Shown one piece after another: positions 40,577 through 63,476 of a stretch of 64,000 bases of DNA. The position numbers were made by a program, and so were the translations under genes. Origin of the DNA: Antedon mediterranea (taxonomy: Eukaryota > Animalia > Echinodermata); the NCBI RefSeq assembly GCF_964355755.1, contig NC_092674.1, positions 28,954,001-29,018,000 on the forward strand, written 5' to 3'. The notes under the pieces were generated by a model. It made no database searches, was not told where the DNA came from, and saw only the letters and a list, made by a program, of their open reading frames with translations. Within the stretch, counting starts at the first letter, position 1; every line of letters starts with the position of its first letter.

Positions 40577-42039
40577 CTGCAAATGTACATCAGCCTCAGT
40601 CTTAAAAATAAGTATACAAATGGTCATTAACAACGATGTTAGCATTTTAAAGTTTTTAGTACAGTAATTGAAAATACAATGTTGGGAATAATCAGTGACA
40701 ACTAAACAAGTACTAAACAATACCTTACTGTTTGTAAGATATTTAATTCATTTGTGCATACGCATAGGCCTATCTCTACTAAATTTTAATCATTTTGTGT
40801 ATAATAGTATAACAGAAATTTGTAATGCATTATTGTTAACATAGCTATGTAGGCCTAATGTAATAATCAAAGCTAAACAATTTTAAATGATACAAGACAT
40901 ATATTTATTTGGAATATTTAAGCATTTAGATTTATTAAGATTCAAAGACAGTTCAGGCATGCATGTTATAGACCTATGTCAGATAGATAGTTTTTTCCAG
41001 AACCTGTTTTACTCGCGTGCGTTTTGAATTAAATCATTGTTTAAAGCTGGAATTGTGTTCCATTGTAAAATAATGTTATGATGTATTCTTAAGATGTTGG
41101 TTTGTGTATGATTTAAAGAGAACGTTATTTTAGTAACGGTAAATGTCGGACCCCAAAACGTGACGTGAATAATTAGAAATCACTAGAATTAGATTGTTTC
41201 ATTCTTTATGGATATTGTAGAATAGGCCTAATGTAATCTTAACATTATTAAACATCTTCCAAGTACTTCAGTACGTTTTAAAATTGTCAGGAATAATTGT
41301 AAATAATGTTCATGATTTTATATTGTTTTGTTATTATTTGTCATAAATAAGACCTTAATTATCTTTGGTTAATGATTTAACATTCATCATGTCATTGTTG
41401 TGTTTTATACGATATTTTAATCAATAGTTGCACGTGTGTTGTGGTAGTTTAGTTACAGTACACTTTCAAATATATTGGTGTTGGTATAAACATTTTACGG
41501 CAAAGTTACTACTTTTAAATTGTAATGATAAGCGCGTATTTTCAAGTGCGTATTAATTAGTAGCAATCGCGTATTAGTAGCAATCGCGATGATAGTAATA
41601 AGCAGAATTTTATATAATGTCGGTATAAGATCTAGATACCAATAACCGTAAAGGAAAGTATGTCTATTGCCGCTTTTGGATCTTTTTATTGGTTTAATGG
41701 GATCAAAGCGCTCTTTGCCGACAGCTGCATGCTGAATCTGTAACTGATAATTACTTTTTTATTGGAATAAAATCATTACGAATCACACACATTTTAAAAT
41801 TGTATTATTGGATTGTTATTTTGTTTGTTTTTGTTTTAATACAAAATTACTTAAGTATCGTTTTGGCCTATACCAACCAGTTCGTTGACTCTTACCAGCT
41901 CCAGAAAGAAAAACCACTGATTAGTGATACCTGATCCCAACCATCTAAGAATATCCACCAGAAAATGTTTTTATTTGGGGTGCGCATGCAAAAGAACGAT
42001 ATTTGTAATCATGTTGATTAAAATAGGCCTATTGTTCAA

Positions 42040-42456
42040 CGACGATATGCAGTTTTACATGTCGACGATTACAGTTTAAATATCGACGATTACAGTTTTA
42101 AATGTCGAAGATAGCAGTTTTAAATGTCGACGACTACAGTTTTGAATGTCGATGACTACTATACAGTATGTCGACGACTACAGTTTTAAATGTCGACGAC
42201 TACGGTTTAAATGTTGATGACTACCATTTTAAATGTCGAAGAATGCAGTTTTAAATTTCGACGACTACTATACAGTTTAAACGTCGACGACTACCATTTT
42301 AAATGTCGACGACTACTATTTTAAATGTCGACGATTACAGTTTTAAATGTTGACGACTACAGTTTTAAATGTCGACGACTACCATTTTAAATGTCAACGA
42401 CTTCAGTTTTAAATGTCGGCGATTGTAGTTTTAAATATCGACGATTGCAGTTTTAA
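42040..42456. repeat. Minisatellite, ~22-bp unit AAATGTCGACGACTACAGTTTT, ~18 imperfect copies
   Basis: Directly visible tandem array. Confidence 0.9.
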
Positions 42457-43137
42457 TTTTGCAATGACGATGATAGACATTGAATAATGATGATGTGGTA
42501 TTATGGTAATGAGATATGACATTATTGATTGTTGGAAATAACTGCCATTGTGCGGTGTTTTTGTTGGAAGGGCTGGATAAAGCATTAGCCATTCCTTTAC
42601 CAGCAGCTGGGTCTTACTGATCCTCACATACTGGAATAAAATCATAACGATTGCACATGTTAAAATCGTATTATTGATTGTTGTTTTGTCTGTTCCTGTT
42701 TAACTACATTTGTAGCGAACAGCTAACTAATAAACGAATTAATAAATATATTACTGTGTGATGCCTACTCACTATGCCAGTGATGCATGTTGTACAGTTT
42801 TTAAATAAATACCTCTTCTCCAGGAGGAAGACAACACTTAGCGAAACTGGTCGCGATCCTACCAACAACATTTCCAGAACGGTTTTTCAGTATAGTTGAT
42901 ACAAAAAAACACCGATATTATTGCATTGACAATGGATAACGGTTTATGCACTGACAACTAATGTAATTTGAATTGAGTGATGATATTAAAGGATTTTACA
43001 TATTAAATAAGACAGTAGTGTCGATGAATGATGATGCGATTATTTGATAATAACGCTGAGATATTACTAATTGTACATTCCATTTGAGCACTGTTATGTA
43101 CAGTGAGAAACTACTGTATTACGACTATTATAGAAAA

Positions 43138-44161
43138 CTAGCAATTGTACCCGCCCCAGGGCGGGTTTTAAAATTAGTTTAAAGCCTTCTCAGTACATAA
43201 CACCCGACGCCAATACCTCCCTATAATCACCACCCCCACCCCTCTTCAATAACACCCCACACTCTTTTTCTTTAAAAACCACAATTTTCCAACCACAATT
43301 CTGGTCAATTTTTGATAGCCTACTACCCCTAGCCTAAGCAATCCCCACTATCTTCTGAACCCCAACTCCCCACCAAATCCCGTACTTTTTTAAATGTAGT
43401 TTAAAACCTTCCCGGTACAATTGCGATTATTTTGATACCCCATAATGTATGGTTACATGCAGAAACAGAAATTTTTATAATGAAACAATGAAAGTAGGTC
43501 ATTTTGACCACATTTTGGCCCCTAACTTGGATCCTAGATCCAAGTTAGGGGCCAGATACAAAATCTTGATTTAAAAGACCGATACATAGCTGGATATGGT
43601 TAAAGCACTTTGCTAAATGTGTAAATGAATAGGTGTCATATTGGTTAATGATTGAAATATGTATATCTATATCTATATTTCCCCAAACACTTTCCTGAGG
43701 ATAATTGAAATACTGTAAAACCTTTGTAGTATAATTTACAATTCGATAGCCTACAACCCCAAGCCCTAGCAAAAATGCTATTCAACTGACATCACAAACC
43801 ACCCCCTCCCCCGTCTCCCACAAAAACCCCTGGACTCAGGGGATTTTTTAAATGTAGTTTAAAATCTCCCGGGTACAATTGCCATCATTTTGATACCCCA
43901 TATGTATGGTTACATGCAGAAACAGAAATTTGTATAACGAACAAACATCGAAAGTGGGGATTTTGACCAAATTTTGGTCCCTAACTTGGATCCTAGGTGG
44001 CGGATGATGTTCAAATATAGCTTAGAACATTCCCGGCACAATTGCGGTCATTTTGATAGCCCATATGTAAGATTATGTGCAGTAACAACATTTTGTATAA
44101 CGAACAAACAAACGAACAAACAAACAAACAGACAGACAAACTCTCTCACTTATAATATAGA
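43138..44161 (-). mobile_element. Non-autonomous Helitron
   Basis: The minus strand starts A|TC, has (GTCT/GTTT)n near the 5' end, a GC-rich hairpin ACCCGCCC..GGGCGGGT (43149-43166) and terminal CTAG|T. Internal duplication 43385-43540 vs 43845-43995. Confidence 0.78.
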
Positions 44162-44227
44162 TGCGTGAAGAAAATCTGCGCTGTGAGAGCTCTTCTGTCT
44201 ACTCCAATATAAATCGATTTTCCGCAG

Positions 44228-44535
44228 GGAGGGACTGGGTATTATACAGTCACCATTGCAAGGAGGGACTGGGTATTATACAGTCACCATTGCAAGGAGG
44301 GACTGGGTATTATACAGTCACCATTGCAAGGAGGGACTGGGTATTATACAGTCACCATTGCAAGGAGGGACTGGGTATTATACAGTCACCATTGCAAGGA
44401 GGGACTGGGTATTATACAGTCACCATTGCAAGGAGGGACTGGGTATTATACAGTCACCATTGCAAGGAGGGACTGGGTATTATACAGTCACCATTGCAAG
44501 GAGGGACTGGGTATTATACAGTCACCATTGCAAGG
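44228..44535. repeat. Minisatellite, 34-bp unit GGAGGGACTGGGTATTATACAGTCACCATTGCAA, 9 identical copies
   Basis: Directly visible head-to-tail array with no spacers. Confidence 0.95.
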
Positions 44536-45190
44536 TTATTTACATCACATCATGCTCATTTATGGAAAATATCCCAGGTTGTTATTGTACAATAGTATCA
44601 TAAATAGTGTCTTATTTTATTACCGTATGCCCACATCATTTAGAATGTTTAATGACGTTTTATAAATAGCATATCTATGTAATTTTTTATCCTTTTTATC
44701 TTGGTTTATTCTCGCTATTTTATTCCTTGTTAATAATATCATGTAGCATTTATTATTTATTTATTTCGGTATAAAAAAGACATATATATACAAAAAAGTA
44801 GCAGAAGCTGAAAGTATTGCATTCATATAAAATCAGTATAAAAGGTACACAAAAACATCAAAACATAGAAAAGTAATAATACATGTATTAACCTGGTCTA
44901 AAGGCACCAACAAGTAGGTAAAAGTTAATACGACACATTATCTACCGACTATTATCAGATAATAAAAGTTGCAAATACGGAGCACGTTACTTATGTACTG
45001 TGGTGTACCATTTTCGTACTACAATCAGAAATCCAAAGGTCGCTTTGCAATTCATATTTGCAGGTAAACATCAGATTCGGAAGAAATTTCATAAATACAA
45101 CAGTATAATAACAAATGTATTGGATGTTTGGAAAATAACAATGAAGTTTCTTGAATCAAGTTAAATGTATGAGAAACATTGACAGTAGAA

Positions 45191-52135
<6,945 letters not shown>

Positions 52136-52798
52136 CTAACTAGCGCTGATATTAGTAACGGGGGAATTTGTTTTTATCTAGTATGTCATACAAATTCTAA
52201 TGTGGTGAGGAACATTGTTCAAAATACAGCCCAAGATGACTATATTGTATCCTGAAGATGGACTAAATAACACTATTCCCCAGTGTAGTAGGGAATAGTT
52301 GAAACTATATCATGGCTATTAACCAATCAGATGCCGTGAATTGAAAAGTAAGGTATATAACAATATAATATTATGATGAAATAAGGAAAAGTCAAACGTT
52401 TATGGGGACAATTTCAGTATTATACACAATTTAAACAACAGAATCACAAACATCTTTGCGTTAATTTGGCCGTAAACTGATGTAATTACAGACATAATTT
52501 ATACACAAAATGTAAAAAGCATTAAAATGTGGTAGAAAAAAATTAGAAGAACAGTATTATGATATGAACCATATTTGAAAGTATTAAATAATATTTGTAA
52601 AAATATTTTTGTTCAGGATTGGAAAATTTACTGGTTGCCATTGTTCGACAAGCACGAATACTGTAATCGTATCTATTAAGCATAGGCGCAATGCAAGCAA
52701 ATTGACCAATGACAAGCGTTAGAATAATCCATCACTTGTGATTGGTCAAATCACTTCCTAGTGTAAACCAAGCTACAGCAACTAGTATGAAATAAAAC

Positions 52799-55700
52799 TC
52801 AATTTGAAACCTGAAAAGAGATTGAACAGTCTTCCAAGTTGAACGAGAGGCAGATAATTTCTCCAGCTCGAACATGAGTTTGTTTCGGCAAGATATATAC
52901 TGACTGGCTAAAATGCGTTGATTGGTCGAGAGTACTGACCATTTTACCAGGCCCTAGGTCTAAATCAAACCAGTACACCACAGCCATTAGGCATCCATCT
53001 GCAACCATTTTAACTTCTTGGTGTCGTTCAATGTTTACTGGTGCTCCTACACTGTTCAGGTCACATAGATTCAGGTGACACAGTTTGATGGCGGCTGACA
53101 GGTGTGTGCATTGAAGCGTGGAGAAGAAAATACCAGGATGTGTAGGAACCTAGAATAATTACATTTTCATTATAATGCTGATTTTTATAATAATTGTTTT
53201 ATATTATTTAACATGTCATATACAAACAAAACATATTTTTTTCAATTTTTCTATAATTTAATTATTCTACTGCAGTTTCTGCAGTAACTTTTTTTTTCCT
53301 CGGAGTATCATTTTAGTTAGTTGAAAGATGGAAAAGGACTGCAATATACAATGTGTATGATTACCTAACAAAATTATTAGTAGATAATTGCGAAATATAC
53401 ATATATAGTTACTGCAGTAACTGCAGTAGAACAATGTTGACATGATCAATAATCAATATGACTCTTTACAAGATTATTTATTAGACAATCGGATGGTATG
53501 TAAAACATAGCGCAAAACATAATACAAAGATAAATACATTTTTGAAATATCTTACCATAAAGAAATTCATAAATGGCTTAATATTTAAGTCCAGTGTTCT
53601 TCCATTATCCATTACTAAACTATTTTCCAGAATATACTTGCTATCTATACACATGCCATATATGGTGATTCCTGAAGGAATGATTATTCCATTAGGTTTA
53701 AGAATAGTATTCCTGCAAAATATAAATATTTAAATATTCTAAAAATTAATATTAATAATAATTTAGGTATTTGTATAGCGCCAGAATCAACTAAACCGAA
53801 GTAAAAATCAAAGGCGCTTATATTGGATGTTAAAAAGATGCGTTTTAAGTTCTTTAAAAAAAATAGCAATAGAAGTTGAATGAGTAAAATGACGAGGGAG
53901 AGAATTCTAAAGAGAAGCAGCAGAGAACATAAAAGACCTTTGTCCATTTTTAATTCATTGAACTAATTCAAAAATTCTAAAAAACATTCAATTTAGTCAG
54001 AAATAGCAATAAACAGTTGTAGTTGGAGTCCCGAATAATGGTTACTCTTGAACCTCCTCATCACCCCATTCAGCATTCAATTGTAATAATGGTTACCCTT
54101 GACCCTCTTCAGCACCCCATTCAGCATTCAATTGTATTTATTTGTTATGTAATGTGTAAATGTTTTACTGAAAGGAATGAAATACAATATTTGTTATTAG
54201 ACTACAATACATTTCAAAGAAAAAAATTAATGAAGACTGTAAAGCACTGTATACACTATCAAACTTTATTGTAATATGCCCATATATGGAAATGATGATG
54301 TAATATCACTACCATATTTGGGCATATCACTACCATATTTGGGTCTAACTAGTTTGATAGTGTAGACAGACCATGTATCTCACCTTGCTAAAGCAATATT
54401 TTGCCAAACATTTTGTTGTAGCAGACCACATGGCTCTACAACATCAACTACTAAGATATCCCAAGATGAACTGGAATCCTTCTCTAAGATTAAATCCTGT
54501 AAATCGGCCATCCCAAGGTTGTAACCCTTATCCTTACACAAATGAACCAGAAGATCAGCCCCTTTCTTACTGCTGACATGAATTCGAGTAGCTCCAGCAT
54601 TGGCTGCATGTACAACTGCTAGAGAAGCTCCTTCTGACATATCAAGAACTTTACAACAACCATCATGGCTGTTTCTTTGAGTCTTTGAAGAGTTGTTATC
54701 TTTTAAAGTGTCCAAAACTGCTTTCTCTATCAGCCCAAAAATCTGAAACTGGTAGAGTTGATCATTAAGCGTGAAAATATCTTTTTCTCCCATAACTAAA
54801 ACTTTACTTGTAGATGCCTTCTGTGAAGATATCTGAAATTCAATGTCACCATCATCTGCTGGTGACTGCTGTTTTGAAAGCTCCATTTGATTCTGTGGTA
54901 GAGATGATTTATTAACATCATATGTTGGTTTGGTAATCGTCTCAAAATTTCCATTAATTAATGACTTGACCTCAATATTATGAAATGCTACATGATTGTC
55001 TTTACAAACTACATTTAAATATACTGAATCACCAGATTTTACATCTAGCATACCTGTAAACATAAACAACAAACAAATTATTGTCCCGCAATTTATGTCT
55101 CATTCACCTGGCAATTTAAATATTTATGTACAGAAAAGGTTAATATACAAAGCAAATCACAGCAAATAGAGGTGAACCTTTAATATTTAAATATGTACAG
55201 AAAAGGTTAATATATACAAATCAAATCAGAGACAATAGTAGTGTACCTTTAATATTCATACTACTAATTGGATAGACAGCGTTCTCCCAGCAGCTTTCAG
55301 ACCAAGGGGACGTGTTTATGTTTGTCTGTGAGTCTAGTAGCAAGTCAAACCACATTATTATTGCATCAATAGATCCTTGTTGGACAACTGGCACCACCAG
55401 TGAGTTTGATTGAGAGTTTCCAGAGAAAAGCGCTGCCATCTCCTAATATGAAAAGTTGTAAAAAAATATTGAAAACTGTTTTAGGTCAGAAAATCAGTAA
55501 ATTTGTATCATGTTTTCTTATTATTATTATTGGTTGACAACTGAATAAAATAAAATAAATTATTTAAACATTTCCAATATCAAGGTATGGCCATACTGGG
55601 CACATCGCACATTTTTTGTCAAACTAATTTGATAGTGTAGACAGAGCTTTAGACAAGATACTAATAATCACCTTTGGGTTATTAAAATCAAAATCATACA

Positions 55701-57994
55701 CTTTGAAAGATTCTGATAGGGCTGTGTACCCTCCCGGAATGGTGGAAATGTCTTCCGATGTATATGGTTCAGATGATGGTGTTTCTTCATTTAACATGTC
55801 TTGCTGCACCATGTTGACCGAGTCGCTCACAATGCTAAAGTTGAGGTCTATATTACCAACAGATAAAGAGAGTAATCTAAGAAAGTAAGAACAATCTAAA
55901 ATATTAAACAAATAAAAAACATTATTAGTCAGGTTAAATAATTTAATGTAAAATAGAATATTTATTGGACTACTGTAGTCCTAAAAGCAGAACAAAACAG
56001 TTTTAGACTTGAACACAGGACTTCCTACAAGCTAAAATACCATAAAACTGGAAAAAAAATTGGGTTATAATCTCAAAGAAAAATTGACATTGTACAGTAC
56101 CGATGAGATTTTCGTATATGTTCACATTCAACTATCATTGCGTACACTGCAGCACCTCCAGGAATCACTCTTCCCTACATTAAAAAAAATGATAAACATA
56201 CTGTACATTATGAAATATATCATGTTGGTATAACGTTATCTTGGTGGTTCCCAACAGTCATTCATTGATCCATCATGATGAGATGATTCTGATTCTGAAC
56301 ACAAGTTCTACTGAGATTCTTTAAATAAACAAAATGCAGGGCCGTAGCCACTAGTACGGTTTCAACCTGACCACTTTTTCACAGAGGCCTAATGACAACC
56401 CTGCAGCCAGCACAGAAACTACTGTATTCCTTTTTCTTGCAACCACCTCACCACTTTATTTCTTGTGGCTACATCACTGAAATGGCATCTAATCTGGTAC
56501 CTGATTATCTGGTGGCTGTAGTAAATGTGTCCAAGCATGATGTACTGTTTCTATGATGCCTTCTCCTAGTAAGCCACTGTCTAATGTTTCAGTTACAACA
56601 AGAGAAACTCTGTGCGAAAACAAATGTTTATTCAATATTTAGTACTAATTGTAATATTTCTACCTATTCAGACAACAAATTTTGATTGGTTGAAATGTGA
56701 AAGGAATGTTAAGCTATGTCTACACTATCAAAGTTTATGTGACCAAAAAATATGATGTGCCCATATATGGACATCATACCACTACCATATTTGGGCATAT
56801 CACTACCATATTTGGGTAAACATCACACTAGTATGACAGTGTAGACAGAGCTTTACTCCCAATCTGAACCATCATAATTTTATGAGATGTGTTCAGACTG
56901 TTGACTAATAACAAGAACAAACATAGGATTGATTCACACTGAGACAATAAAAGCAATACCTATGTGGAATGTGTTCTGGTATTCGCATATCTGTAGATTT
57001 CATCTGAAGAAGTTGAACATTCTCATGCTTCTGATTGGCTCGTAGAACATCTTGAGCAATACTCGTCATCGTCTTGGACATTTCACAAGCGTAAACTTTA
57101 CTTGCGCCACCCTCAACCGCAAACATACTAAAAAAGAAAACAGAGTAGTTGGGATCTGGTGTGTTAGAAATGATCCCATTTCTCTTTGTATAAAGTGGAA
57201 GTTAATTGAGGAAATGCAAAACATTGAAAGTCGACGATGCCATATTTAATTTAAATATGGGCCTACCTAAGGATACCTGTTCCTGTTCCAATATCAAGCA
57301 CTGTTGTGGGTCCATTTATATTCCTGATTGCTCTATTGATAGCCTCTTTGAAAGCCATGTTGCGTTTGTTATCATTTAACATCCTAAAATGCCATCTCTC
57401 AACTAATGAATTAGACAGGTTGTAGAAACTTTCTTTCGCTGAATGCAGGTCAGGGTTCAACTTCATTGCTTGCTGGAAATAAATAAACGCCTCCTCGGCA
57501 AAACCTAACCTGTATAAAAGAAATATGTGATAATATAAATTAAATAACAATATTCAATATGTCATCAAGTTTTTCTCAGCTCTTCTCATTGAAACAATAC
57601 AGTAATAGTATACACAAACATTAAAACGGGATATTTGATAAGTCAGTCAGTAACGCAAACATACAGTATGCGTATTTGCATACTGTAATGTACATAATTT
57701 GCATAATCACCTGTATAGGTGTGCACCCATAACATCATGAACCAATTCATTCTCTGGAAAGGCATCCAGTGCTTGTTCGTAACATTTGAATACATCTTCA
57801 CTCCGGTTCTCTTGCCACAGGTTTTGTACCCATTCTCTAAAAACATCACCAAATTCCTTACGCAGGTTTTCCTTCAGTTCAGGAGAGAGTTTGAGGGCCA
57901 AAAGATAGTAAGCGAACGATTTTCCGTAGTCATTATTTTGACAAGATAACCGTGCATTGCTTATAGATGATTCGGTAAACTGGATTTTCTCCAT
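52799..57994 (-). CDS. PRMT9: Protein arginine N-methyltransferase 9 (~818 aa); exons 57994..57711, 57509..57267, 57127..56960, 56609..56501, 56174..56101, 55876..55672, 55442..55247, 55053..54384, 53712..53556, 53149..52799
   Basis: N-terminal TPR-like region, then [18 protein letters not shown] motif [49 protein letters not shown], and a second degenerate methyltransferase domain ([21 protein letters not shown]). Coding length is 2457 nt, in frame. Confidence 0.92.
54034..54135. repeat. 51-bp tandem duplication in a PRMT9 intron
   Basis: aataatggttac.cttga.cc...cacccattcagcattcaattgt-like unit, two copies. Confidence 0.7.
54242..54370. mobile_element. Palindromic MITE family A
   Basis: TIRs and internal repeat present, in opposite orientation. 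Confidence 0.7.
55585..55649. mobile_element. Palindromic MITE family A, half copy
   Basis: gggcacatc.cacattttttgtcaaactaatttgatagtgtagacagagctt. Confidence 0.65.
56711..56853. mobile_element. Palindromic MITE family A
   Basis: TIRs and internal repeat present. Confidence 0.72.
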
Positions 57995-58419
57995 TTTCTT
58001 TTATGGAAACAGGAAATTGCAGTACTATAAAAAAAAAAGAACTCTGGATCAAAACATGCTCTCATCAACACGGTGCCATCAACACCACTACAGTACATAC
58101 AAATTAAAATTACAATACACATGAATAATTTTTTTCAATATACAGTAGCTAGCCTCTAGTTAGTTAGTAGTAAATTAGGCCTCTAGCTAGCTAGCCATTG
58201 AAGTGTTTGTCACCTTAAGGTTCCTAGAAATTTAAACTTTACATCTTTGATATTTATTTATTATTAATATGCAAACAGTCCTTGTGATATGTTTTGTTTC
58301 ATGTTTGCACACCATACCCATGTGTCACACTTAACATTCTAAAAACAATCTATACTTAGATAGATTTACCATTCTAAACCGCCGTTATTTCACATTTTAA
58401 AACGTGCCAGCCAACCGAT

Positions 58420-58452
58420 TGCGCTTGCGCACAAGAAAGAAATTTCGGAAGT
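58420..58452. promoter_or_regulatory. Candidate NRF1 and ETS/GABP sites in the PRMT9/NDUFC2 divergent promoter
   Basis: TGCGCTTGCGCA (58420-58431) and CGGAAGT (58446-58452), between ATGs ~515 bp apart. Confidence 0.45.
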
Positions 58453-58509
58453 TTGGCAGGCTGCTTTTTTTTAGCTGGTCGGCTGAATGTTTTGGATAAA
58501 AAGTTGAAA

Positions 58510-59609
58510 ATGAAGTACAGTACAGATATTGCCACCCCTTTAATAAATAGATATACTATTATATTCGGCATATATGGCATGTCAACTTCTTTGTTGCATA
58601 ATGGCATGACGAGAAGACCTTTGTGGACAGGTAATTTCCTGAAGCTAGTTAGGCAAAGCTAAGCGTCATATTAGCAGTCCAGCTCATGTTAGTGTAGTAA
58701 CTATTATTGAGAGTCGGTTCGTCCCATATGTAGTTAATGACTATAATACATTACATAGGCCTATTCTTTCTGTAAGGTTTAGTTGGCGGTGAATAAAACA
58801 GAAGAAGATTGGGACCACAGACAATGGGCTCCCAAAATTGTCAAACTGTTTTATCAAGGTAACCATCTAAAATAAAAAAATCGATTCGGTTTGACTCGGC
58901 AAAATCAAGTATAAATGGTCGAGGCCTTATCCATGATCCTTGTTTCTCAATAACCAACCAAGCCGAAACCAGCAACACAGTCTGTGTACCCATACATATT
59001 GCTGTCAGTTCTACATTTAAAATGTGTGGTGTTTTTTTTTTTAGGTTTACATAGGCATGCCATATGCTTAGCTCTTGGAAGTGTCATAGGCTACTATGCC
59101 TACAGATTTGAAGTTAACAAAGTAGCTCAGACAGAATATAAGAACAGTGTATATGTAGAAAGACATCCAGACTTGTTCCAACCTGGTAATGTTTATGCTG
59201 TTACCTTTCACGCAGTGCCAGTGTATTGTAACACCCTGGTTTAGGGACTCTAGTCTAAGTGACCATTCAACGCTGTAGGCCTTTTGATATATTTTAATGC
59301 TTGTTTTCTTACTCTTGGCCCTGCTCAAGGGCCCTGATAGCTCCAGGGCCCCTGGGTTTAGCAAGTGAGCGCTCATCATAGCTGTTACACCATTGCTTTC
59401 ACAAAACTAGACAATGATACTTGAGCTGACATTATAGTGGTCTCCTAAATACTGAATAGGGGTACTATAGTGTCACAAAAGAGTGGTTCTACTCTAACTT
59501 TGATAAACATACTGTAACATACTTAATGTGGCTGTTAATTTTTTTTTCTTTTGCAGAAGCAACTCAGAACGTTGCAAATCGTTATATGAACTGGGTGCCA
59601 CTACGTTGA
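58510..59609 (+). CDS. NDUFC2: NADH dehydrogenase (ubiquinone) 1 subunit C2 (~104 aa); exons 58510..58630, 59045..59185, 59557..59609
   Basis: Spliced MKYSTD..NGMTRRPLWT-GLHRH..YVERHPDLFQP-EATQ..NWVPLR* carries the RRP..GLHR, HPxxF and terminal W.P.R signatures of NDUFC2/B14.5b. Confidence 0.85.
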
Positions 59610-60967
59610 AATTAAACATAGGATCATCAAATATTGTGAATAATTATGGGAATATTGTATGCAGTGTTAGAAAAATAAAAGAACATTAAAGATTCCCAAT
59701 TACTTCTGTATGACAGCTGGACTAATTTACATACAGGTGTTCCAGTTATAAACATGTAAATAGAGCAAGCAAGGTGTGCATCCACTGAGTTTAATTCAAT
59801 TAATAATAGGAATTTTCAATAATTTTTCAAGTAATACTGTACTTCATATTACAACATAATATGTTACAACTGTATTATACTTATATCTGTTTTTTAAGTT
59901 CACACAATGTTAATTCACCTAGAATTTAAAAAAAATTTAAAAGTGACACACTTTTAAGTAGATAAAAATGTGACAATGTCAGCATAACAAATATGATATT
60001 GCATACTTTTGCATGATTTACTACTGTTTGCATTACATACTAAAAGGAAAAATGAATTAAAATTTGTTAAATTTATTCAGTTATCTTGTGTTTTATTTAT
60101 TTGATTGTAAGTTCTGTGTTTGAGGAAGAAATGGGTTTTATTGTGAAGCTCCACAAATCTGTTTTTAAGGTTTTTCATAAGGCTTGGTTCCAATTTGAGA
60201 TGCAACGATAGAGGCAATTCATTTCGCCAAACAAAAGTGATGGATTATTCTGTCACTTGTTATTGGTCAACTCCGTTGTGTCTCTCGTGAGAACCATGCT
60301 TAAAAAAGCAGCAAAATCTCAAATCTCAAGCTGTTAGGCAACATTTCACAGAAAGTAATACAATTGAGATCGTACAATCATACATCATTAAATTATATTT
60401 TATCGCTTTTATTAAATTTGTCAAAAAGTAATGCAAGTTGATCTAAAAGATTACCATAAAGAGTCCAATAATATATTTACAAACTAAAAATGGACAGACA
60501 ATTCAATATAAAACAGTAAGGATTTTTTTTTTCTACTTTTCACAAACTATATAAAAAAATATTACAGTTATTGCACAATATTTATGTTTGTTTCATTTTC
60601 GTAATGATCCAATGACCAACAACTGACCCCAATGACTTTGACAAATGGACATCTTAATAATTATGATAATAAACACTGATTGTACATGGTGCATATCCTG
60701 TCTGTAAACAGGTCCAGTTAGAATATTTAAACATATTATTATGCTTGGTAAAAACAAGTATAGCATGATTGTGAAAAATACTTTGGAAATATCTATAATA
60801 ATATGAGAAGATCCCAAGGTGATTCTGCTTCTATCCAGGCCGGCCACTCCTCTATCAAAATATAGTTTGCATCAATACTGTAACTTCTGCCGTGTTTGTC
60901 CACAGTTCATCTGCAACTTTTACTCAAACTCAAGGCATCATCAACCTCATTGATTTCAGTTGGCCCT

Positions 60968-63476
<2,509 letters not shown>

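Noticed and set aside
44161-44665. CRISPR-like array, or three overlapping repetitive ORFs
   Set aside because: The units are contiguous with no unique spacers, there are no cas genes, and the context is eukaryotic. The ORFs are by-products of a stop-free 34-bp repeat.
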